From Octopus sinensis (taxonomy: Eukaryota): a stretch of 64,000 nt of DNA. This document shows, one piece after another, positions 54,614 to 64,000 of this stretch. The translations under genes were made by a program, and so were the position numbers. Under the pieces are notes generated by a model. It was not told the DNA's origin, searched no databases, and worked only from the letters and a program-made list of their open reading frames with translations. Where the stretch lies: assembly GCF_006345805.1 (NCBI RefSeq), contig NC_042999.1, forward strand, positions 147,312,001 to 147,376,000, given 5' to 3'. Numbering within the stretch: the stretch's first letter is position 1; each line of letters begins with the position of its first letter.

Positions 54614-54670
54614 AAGTGACCTTAAAGTAGGGAGTGTATTACTAATACATTCCCTACTTTAAGGTCACTT
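54614..54670. other. Near-perfect 57-nt palindrome/hairpin (28-bp arms)
   Basis: AAGTGACCTTAAAGTAGGGAGTGTATTA-C-TAATACATTCCCTACTTTAAGGTCACTT; the single mismatch is a G-U pair on the plus strand. Confidence 0.95.
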
Positions 54671-54989
54671 TAAATAAATACCTTTGATTCTGCAATTCTG
54701 TATATAAACTCTCTACTGGGAATGACCAAGTTTAAAAATCTGCTGGATCTCACTCGTAAGGGAATCTTACATTGCTTATAAACTCTATATTTGGAAGGAC
54801 TTATTTTAAGCTCTGTAGGACTTATGGACTTTACTCATAGGATATTGGAATATTGCATATATTCCATTATGCATAAAAATGAATTTACAACTTCAATACC
54901 CATACATATCTTGCATCTATTTTCTTTCTTCCACCTCACTCTCTAATTTGCATTTTGCATCACATCTAAACTAACTATGAATAACTATC

Positions 54990-55090
54990 CTCTCACACCG
55001 TCTCCGATGAAGGGATATAATTAATAAATATGCTAGAAACAGCTGTAAGACATATCTATAGATGCTCTAATATCTACACATCCATGTTTT
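54990..55090 (+). mobile_element. Penelope-like pseudo-LTR fragment with minimal hammerhead-like motif
   Basis: GTCT-CCGATGA-AGGGATA..TATGCTA-GAAAC-AGCT-GTA-AGAC; related to minus-strand motifs near 20160-20180 and 23140-23175. Confidence 0.65.
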
Positions 55091-55121
55091 TTTTATCTTA
55101 TTACGCAAAAAATTCTTATAT

Positions 55122-55152
<31 letters not shown>

Positions 55153-56933
55153 GTATGTATATGTGTATATATATGTGTATATATATGTGTATATATATAT
55201 GTGTATATATGTGTGTATATATATGTGTGTATATATGTGTATATATATATATATATGTGTGTATGTATGTTGTAATGAGAATACAGCAGGACGATCTAGC
55301 TATTGGAATGAGAACTGGCTGTCCCTATGGATTGAATAGATGGCTTAATTCAACATTTCATAAATCTCACCGAAGACCTCAGTTACATGGATATAAGTAT
55401 GAAAGTTTTAGATTGTAACGACCAAACCTGAACACTAGTGTAAAAATATTACACTGTTGGACGAAAATATAGATTATGGGTTTTGCTCTGAAAGAATATT
55501 ATGGTATTTATGAAACAGGAGAAACGGCTACATTACAGATAGTAGGAAAGTATAAAGAATTGATATTGAACTATCTGCTCTATAATCTCCAGTGAGTGTA
55601 GTGACAATGGTCAGGCAGAAATTGAGATTCAATTCTGATTTTATATCCTAGATTAATGAGTAGGCTACAAAAGGGATTTTATGTCGAATCCATGATAATG
55701 TTATCGCTTATCACCAAAAGAAGAAACAAAATTTGCAATACCCCGATTAAATTTGATATATTAAGCAGAGTACGAAATATCGATTATAAAATTATATCAA
55801 TTAAATCCGATGTTGTACATTCGTAATATGATAAACCATTATATAAATTTAGATTGATTTATTTATTCATTTTCTGGAAAAGAATAAAATGAAAAGAAAA
55901 TTCGACATGATTAGGCACACTATTAACCAGTTTATGTTGATTAACAAAATTGGATTTGTTGGAAGATATTTTTTCAACTGCCAACGACGTCGCATTGAAA
56001 ATACAGAATAAATAAAATTAGCTGTACTAATCGATGTCCATATCAATGTATATCATTATAACACTATGATATCAGCTATAATATCAACGGGATAAATATA
56101 AATAGATTTGCAGGGTTGGGTTCCTTCCTCAACGATATTAGCTCAAATCGTGCCATGATCAAGTTTGATATTTCGATTCCAAAGATGTCGATGATCAAAT
56201 AACCTGATCATCCACGTCCGTATAAAACCCCAAACAACTTGTCGCCGCCAGGCGAACATTTTACACAGGTTATAGACTTACAGACCACTGTCCACACATT
56301 AGATATGCGGTATCTGTTGACAACTGATAGAACCCATGCGCTGACACAACTACATTAAATCATGGATGCTCAGCCTCACACGTCGGTGATCACAAAAATA
56401 AAATGCATCAGTGCACTTGTGTTCATTCGATGAAAGAGTTAAAGCCACATCCTAGTGACTGAGGTTGAGTGTAACCATTGAACATATTTCAGAAAACGTA
56501 CCAGTTTCGTTTTTAGACAATAACTCATAGATAGAAGATACAGGTCTAAGGACCAGGAACTGTCATTTCGATCTCGTCCTAGCAAAAGAAAGAGAGAGAA
56601 AAAAATGATGTGCGAGAAAAAATACAGTTATAAAGGTAATCTACGTTATTGCCATTGTAGCCTATCTAATGATCACAAAAATGAGACATGGACAAAAATT
56701 GAAAATAGCAGCTTTCTATATTTTCAGGACAACTTTAAAAAGAGTTGTCTGATATGCTTGGTGGGCTGGGCAAGCATAACGTAGCTTTTGTTGATTAGCA
56801 CAGGCAAGGGCTTTGTAACTCTGTGTTGTTTAGGCAACTATTCTCTTCCCTCAAAGTTTTTTTTATTAGTTATTAACTTTATATGATGAGTAATAATAAA
56901 TTTGGAGAAATAGTAAATTTAGCATAAGCGGTT

Positions 56934-59218
56934 CTAGTCAGTACCCCCCATTAATTTTGTGACCTCTATTAATTTTGCCTTTAGACTCTAATTGCATGGG
57001 GAAATAGTAAATTTCGCGAGTGCTTGGGCAGCTGGTTTTGATTTCTATTTACAGCAATTTACATTTTGCTTTAGAAATGCCGACAGATCAGATATTACAT
57101 TGTTCGCAGCATACCTTAAATTTTGACTATTAGTTACGAGGCCAGACCCTCCAATACAATGTTCCTTCATTAAAATAGTCCTTCACAAAGCCTTTTCTGA
57201 GGGAAAGAGTGCGGAGAGAGACAGAGAGAAATAAAATGAGAGAAAGAGAAATTGCTAGCAGTACTGAATAAAGGGAAAGAAAAGGCCGGAACATATACCT
57301 CACGGCAATTGTCCGACGCTCTTTTGATTAACCAAATCAAATGCCCTCAGTAACTCTCTGTATCATATAAAATAAATGCACAAAGAAATACCGGAAATTC
57401 TTTACAAAATCCCTTCGTGCTTATTCATAAACATTTCTATTGTTAGATTTGACGTAATTAAACCAAAACTCATTTTACACATCCAGTTCAAAATACCTTT
57501 ATCAACTACTGATAATAATTCACTTTCACAAGCTGCTATCTTCAATAACTTTAGATACCGTTGCGTTTCTTTCAAGGCCGGTTTAGGAAAAGAGACAGTT
57601 GTATGCATAAGTTGTTCCGATTTTGCAAGTAAAATTTACGTATGTCTGGCACTTTTACCTGACAAAAATAAAGAATGTCAACTAAATCATTGTAGTAAGT
57701 CTTGTACAACATCTGAACTCAATAGAATTATTTGACCTTACGTCTTTAAGCTGTCACCTACTCTCTCTTTGATCCACGTGCTGTCCTCCAGAGTTCTGAA
57801 AACATGATAATCAACACTAAAATCCAATTGCACAAAAGTCTCTTTCAACTACGGTAGTGGACTTGGCACAAATCCATCCGATTTATGTGGAGTGGGGAAG
57901 TAATCGAATACATTAAAGGATGAATAACAAACGTGTAACCAGTTGGAAGAAATGCTGCTAAGCATTTTATCCCATATGATAACGTTTTCTATTCACGTAT
58001 GATCAAGAAAGAAACATTTCCCTCTAATTTTAAAACGGGTGAATGTTAAATATTGTGACTTGCATACACTTCCTATACGGTTTGGAGTATGAAATTTATT
58101 TAATTCATAGGAATAATGAAAAAGAGCCTTATAGCTTATGATATTTTAATTTTCCTCTAGGAGAAATTACAATATTTAAATAAAAGTATTTAAAATATTT
58201 AAAAAGTATTTAAAATGATAAAATAAGAATTCCACTTAACTCCAAATCCACTAAAGCACTATACTTGATGATTGACAAAGGGAGGTAAGTCCCTAGCGTA
58301 TATAGCCGTATTGCTATTTCGAATTTTGGTGTAGACTACCTTAATTGTCATCAGCGAATCTTATCGCCTAGGGTAAACGCAACTTCCTTTGTCAATCTTT
58401 AAGGTAAAACAGTTGAAACGGTAAAAGTGTAAACAGATTAAAAAGGGTTGCTAATTCGCAATTAGGACCTATAGGCAAAATTAATAGAGTTCACAAAAGT
58501 GACGGAGGATACTGACTAGCCCCTTTATGCTAAAATAAGAGTTAAATTAACTCCAAAGCCAGTAAGTACTATACAAAATAACTGACAAAGGGAGATAATC
58601 CCTAGCATATGTAACCGTATCAAGATTTCGAATTTTGGTGTAGACCACCTTAGTTCTCATCAGCGGCCCTTAACCCCTAGGTGTTGAAATCGTGTTACAG
58701 CTTTATACACTAAGGACATACCTCAATTTGCCGATCATTAAGTATAAAGATTTAGTGGCTTTGGAATTAATTTAACACCAAAATTCGAAATCACGATATG
58801 GCTACATACGTTAAGGACTTACCTCCCTTTTTCAGTCTTTAAGTTTTTAAGTATAGTGCTTTAGTGCGTTGGAGTTAATTTAACTCATATTTTAATATAT
58901 TATTTTTGCCCTTTAGTTTCTAATTCCTAATAAACCGCCCTTTTAACTTGTCGTTTACATTTTTACCGTTTTGAAAATCAGCACATGTTTTTCATATAAA
59001 ATTGAGAAAGGAAGTTGTGTTTAACTCCAAACGTTAAGAGCCACTGATGGCAATTAAGGTGCTCAACACCAAAATTCGAAATTACGATACGGCTATATAC
59101 GCTAGAGACTTAGCTCCCTTTGTCAGTCATTAAGCATAGTGCTTTAGTAGCTTTGGGGTTAAGTTAACTCTTATTTTAGTATAATCGGTGCTAGTCAGTA
59201 CTTTTGTGACTTCTATTC
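56934..59218. mobile_element. Composite foldback/inverted tandem-repeat element
   Basis: ~120-bp unit at 58236 and 58547 (+) and at 58774-58878 and 59044-59162 (-); 62-bp inverted pair 56934-56995 / 58458-58519 (52/62). Confidence 0.75.
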
Positions 59219-59317
59219 TATATGAAATTTCCTCATCTAGATCAGCGGTGCTCAAAGTGCTTCCTACATAGATGAAGTTAGTTACCACTTCCAACCGTTA
59301 ATCATTAACAATTATAA

Positions 59318-59668
59318 GTTTCTTTATTGGCCACACAGAGCTGCACACAGATGGGACAGGTTACAAGGTAGAGCTTTTCTTTTCTGAGGAAAAAAAAAGG
59401 TGGCGTAGGTTTTCGATCAAAAGGGATCGTAAAAGGGAAAAAAGAACAAAAAAAAGAAAGAAAAAGAAGGAAAAGAAAAAAAAGAAAAAAGGGAAAAGGA
59501 ACAAAAGAATAGAAAAATGAAAAAAGAAGAAAAAAGAGGAAAAAAGGGGAAGAGGAAAAAACGATCAATAGGGATCGTGTATTACAGTGTCATGATGTAT
59601 GGTGTAAAGGGGAAAGCAAGTAAGGTTTATCCGTGGGAAGAAAAGCCTACGAAAAAGACTGTTCCACT
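59318..59668 (-). mobile_element. Older 3'-UTR-only copy of the Tx1-like element
   Basis: GTTTCTTTATTGGCCACACAGAGCTGCACACAGAT..TTACAAGGTAGAGCTTTTCTTTT..CGATCAAAAGGGATCGTAAAA is shared with 18771-19030. Confidence 0.85.
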
Positions 59669-59689
59669 CAAAGCTTAGAGCGGCTATGC

Positions 59690-60975
59690 TGGTACATTAG
59701 AATTGTTTTTCTCAAGTTGAATGTAAGGCCCAATACTGGTCATGCTGCAAAAATCGCATTCATCATGTGTTGCATATCTTCCTGGGAATGTGCTAACAGG
59801 TTACATTCATCTGCATACAAGAACTCGATGATGTGAGAATGAAGAACTTTCGTTTTGGCACAAAGTCTTTTGAGGTTGAAAAGTTTTCCTGTTGTCCTAT
59901 ATTTTATATATACTCTTTCAGCACAATCTTCGAAAGCTATAATAAACACCATTGCAAAATACAGAGCCAACAATTTAGTAGCAAGAATATCACCTTGTTT
60001 ATTCCATTGTCTACAGAAATTGGATCTGATAAGCTACCTCCAACATTAATTCTCACTTCTGTCTTGTCATGAAATTGTCTAAGCATTCTCATAAATTTCT
60101 CAAAGCAGCCTAGCCTTTTCAGGAACTTCCAAAATGCAACTCTATTTACGCAATCAATCGCTTTTGTCTGATCAAGAAAACTTGATATAAGCCCATATCC
60201 GGTTCGATGCAGTTCTCTTGTAACTGTCTAACTGAAAATATCATAACCTTAGTACTCCTACTACCTCTAAGCCTACATTGTGATTCTAGCAGAACTTCAT
60301 CAGCAATGTGCAGGAGCTATTTATCCAGCATTACTCTACAACGGACATTTCCAGCGACACCTAACAGATAGACGCCGCGAAAATTATCACAGACATCCTA
60401 TCCACCTTTAGATTTATAGAGTATCTCTATAAACGCATCACGCCAATTCCGAGGAACCACTTCATTATGCCAAATCACATCTGTCAACAATGCACCTAAA
60501 TGTTCACCACCATATTTGTATATCTCTGCACCTAATCCATTCATACCAGGAGCCTTTCTATTGTTGAATTTCTTGATCACCGATTTTATTTCAGTCAGAT
60601 TTGGGACCTCTGCTAAAAGATGTTTTGTTGGTCTTTCAGTTATATTACCAAGAACAGAGAGGTCAACTTCAATGGGCCTATTGAGAAACTCATCAAGCTG
60701 CTCTTTCCGTCTCCTCCCAACAATATGTTTAGGATTTGTTAATAATTCTGTATCATCCTTGATTCGAAGTGGAGCAATCATTTATGAAGCTGGACCATAA
60801 ATATTTTTCAAGAGATTGAAGAAGTTTAGAATTGTTAGCATTTAAAGCTTCTTGGATTTCATCGCATCTATCACTCCACCAATATTCCGGCATCATCCCC
60901 AGATTCCTCTGCACTGTTGCATTTACTGCCTTGAAATGTATAGCCACTGACCTGTTCGTTGAACAGTCAGCATTT
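59690..60975 (-). mobile_element. Degenerate RTE-clade LINE
   Basis: KAPGMNGLGAEIYKYGG, WRDAFIEILYKSKG, YRTTGKLFNLKRLCAKTKV, LYADECNLLAHSQEDMQ; frameshifted. Confidence 0.88.
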
Positions 60976-61004
60976 TGCAATATCTTTGAATGATTTCGCT
61001 TCTC

Positions 61005-61485
<481 letters not shown>

Positions 61486-61500
61486 ATATATATATATATA

Positions 61501-61675
61501 GGGAGAGTTCACGAAAAAGACAAAAGACGAAGACAGGTGGTGTACAAAAGAAACAGATGTATTAGTATAACGCTTAGGAATAGAAGAAGTCTTTTACGTG
61601 TCGAGCCTACGCTCTTCTACAGAAAGGAACACAGAAAAAACAAGGAGAGAAAAAATGTGTGTAGTGGCTAACGAT
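61501..61675 (-). mobile_element. Penelope-like pseudo-LTR fragment with hammerhead-like motif
   Basis: Reverse complement of 26690-26867; CTTT-CTGTAGA-AGAGCGTAGGCTC-GACACGTA-AAAG. Confidence 0.65.
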
Positions 61676-62120
61676 GTATGTATGTATGTATGTATGTATG
61701 TATATATAAGCATGTCAGTATGTTAATGCTGCTTGTGTTCTCACCCGTAGGTAAATAATAATGAAGGATCTACCGGAAGTATTTGAACTCAAGATATAGA
61801 GACACAGTTATAAATATTGCATTTCAGTGAGTTTATTCTTTCCAACGGATTTCAATTTTGTATATCTTGGTTTGCATACCGTCATATACTTACTCACATA
61901 TGTAGCATATACATATTCAATACGTTTTAGTTTGCTATAAACATTGCGGAGAAGGTGATACTGAAGACAACGCGCGCGCAGATATGTTTCAGTGTGTGTC
62001 ACTGTATGTTATTGAATTTATATGTGAGTGGGGATATAATTTATATATGAGTGGACACATCATATATTTATAAAACATTCGAGCATACACATTTATATAT
62101 ATACACACACCTACACACAC

Positions 62121-62180
<60 letters not shown>

Positions 62181-63319
62181 CATATAGATATATATTTCCT
62201 TTCTGAATATAAAGTTTATCGCTTGTTACAAACTTGTCGAATAATGGTTTCACTACGAAAGAAAACTGCGTGAAAGCCATTTCTACTCTAGATCTATTAC
62301 AAATACTGCATATAGCATATCGGTGAGAGTTATCAGAGTAAAGCTTTTGGAGTATGTAGACAGGCCAAAAGCATTTATGTTAATGATAAAGTAGAACTTC
62401 AGAAAATAGTACTTAATATAAGGTTATTGAATCTTACATCCGTACTGGAGTCGACCTATGACAAACCTCTCTGATTATGTTTATACTAAATTATGGATCT
62501 AAGAATGTATCCGACTTCAAAACAAATTTAATGTTTGCAAGAGTCAGTAATAGAAGAGAAACGTTTTTTGCTAATGTATTCACTGCATAGCGCAGATGAT
62601 TAAAGTATAAATCAATATAGTTCTTCTGATCGTATATTTTCTGTCTATGAAAGAAACACATTATTACTACAGGGTCCAAATTCTATTTTGTTACACTCAC
62701 AAGCATATACATACATCCACATTACTATATATATTCCTACAAACACAATTATACACACGTGCGCATACACTTATATATATATATTTGTGAAGATTGAACG
62801 GTATTTTCGGAATAACTCTGTTCATATTGATCGTTTCAAATTGATAATTTGACTTTTTCTCAAGCTGTTTCGATATTCCATCTTATGTTACTTGGAGTGT
62901 TTCTTCTTCGCACTGTCTCAATTAGGAATGATTTTTATGTTGTTCGTTCTGTCGGGAAAAAATCATTCTTAATACATAGTAGGTGTGTAATCATGCAAAT
63001 TTAAAACCAGTTAGTTGTCGCACAATCTGCTAATCATAGTAGCCTCAACTTCCTTTCAAAAAATATTTTGCTTTTTATATAACAGAAGGCGCATCTAGGC
63101 TGATTCAGATACGTACAAAGTATTATATGATCCAGGATTAACTATCTTTTTAGGGGAATCACGGCTTGTCTTTCTACTGGAAATTAAGGTACCCGAAATT
63201 CAATTGCACATAGGGAACTAAAATCCGTACTAAAGAATTATATCATATTTTCTACTAAAAACATGTGAACCAATATCAGTGACAATATGGATAATAACAA
63301 TCTGAAATTTACATTATTT

Positions 63320-63445
63320 ACATTTCACAGATATTTGTCCTCATCTTGTTTGTTATTAATACAACGTTTCGGATGATATATCCAACAGCCCTCATCAGGT
63401 GTCTTGGGAAATTTCGAACCTTGGTTCTCATTCCTAAGGTATCTT
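63320..63445 (-). mobile_element. Penelope-like pseudo-LTR fragment
   Basis: Minus strand CTGATGA-GGGCTG..CATCC-GAAAC-GTT-GTA, next to (ATT)n. Confidence 0.5.
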
Positions 63446-63466
63446 TCGATATTATTATTATTATTA

Positions 63467-63499
<33 letters not shown>

Positions 63500-63565
63500 C
63501 ATTCCGAACTCGGAATCTTGGGGTTAGTAGCTCGCGCTCTTGACCCCTTCTCCTGCACTATGCTC

Positions 63566-63967
63566 TTACTCTTTTACTTGTTTCAGTCATTTGACTGCGA
63601 CCATGCTAGAGCACTGCCTTTAGTTGAGGAAATCGACCACAGGTTTTATTCTTTGTAAGCCTAGTACTTATTCTATCGGTCTCTTTTGCCGAACCACTAA
63701 GTTACGGGGACGTAAACACACCAGCATCGGTTGTCAAGCTATGTTGGGGGGACAAACACAGACACTCAAACACACACACATATAATATTCATATACATAT
63801 ATACGACGGGCTTCTTTCAGTTTCCGTCTACCGAATCCACCCACAAGGCTTTGGTCGGCCCGAGGCTATAGTAGAAGACACTTGCCCAAGGTGATATGCA
63901 GTGGGACTGAACCCAGAACCATGTGGTTTGTAAGCAATCTACTTAACACACAGCCACTCCTGCGCCT
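63566..63967 (-). mobile_element. SINE family A, full length
   Basis: Aligns to the reverse complement of 25667-26100. Confidence 0.92.
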
Positions 63968-64000
63968 TACTATATGTAAATCTTTCGTCGAATTTCTCGA

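Noticed and set aside
57376-57735. 119-aa ORF inside the inverted-repeat interval as a transposase
   Set aside because: No recognisable motif on either strand.
58236-59218. CRISPR-like array
   Set aside because: Eukaryotic context, long diverged units in both orientations, no repeat-spacer periodicity and no cas genes.

Overview
Eukaryotic, very AT-rich, microsatellite-dense DNA that reads as intronic/intergenic. I infer a coleoid cephalopod (Octopus-like) from composition and recalled SINE families; this is not verified. Most of the window is transposon-derived. It holds a young 5'-truncated CR1/L2-group LINE with an uninterrupted 645-aa RT frame, a Tx1/L1-type element sitting in an (AGAT)n array, an RTE remnant, many Penelope-like (RT/GIY-YIG/pseudo-LTR) remnants with hammerhead-like motifs, DD37D Tc1/mariner, Tigger/pogo and Chapaev3-like remnants, a non-autonomous Helitron, several foldback/MITE elements and at least four tRNA-headed SINE families. 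There is also a 144-bp 28S rRNA fragment. No complete host gene is identifiable, but a few plus-strand exon-like blocks exist (best: 31261-31348). There is no CRISPR array or prokaryotic system. The most interesting signals are: a LINE/SINE pair sharing a 3' tail with a covarying stem-loop; a candidate (GATA)n-targeting Tx1 element; minimal hammerhead motifs; and a near-perfect 57-nt hairpin. All alignments and identities are by eye and approximate.
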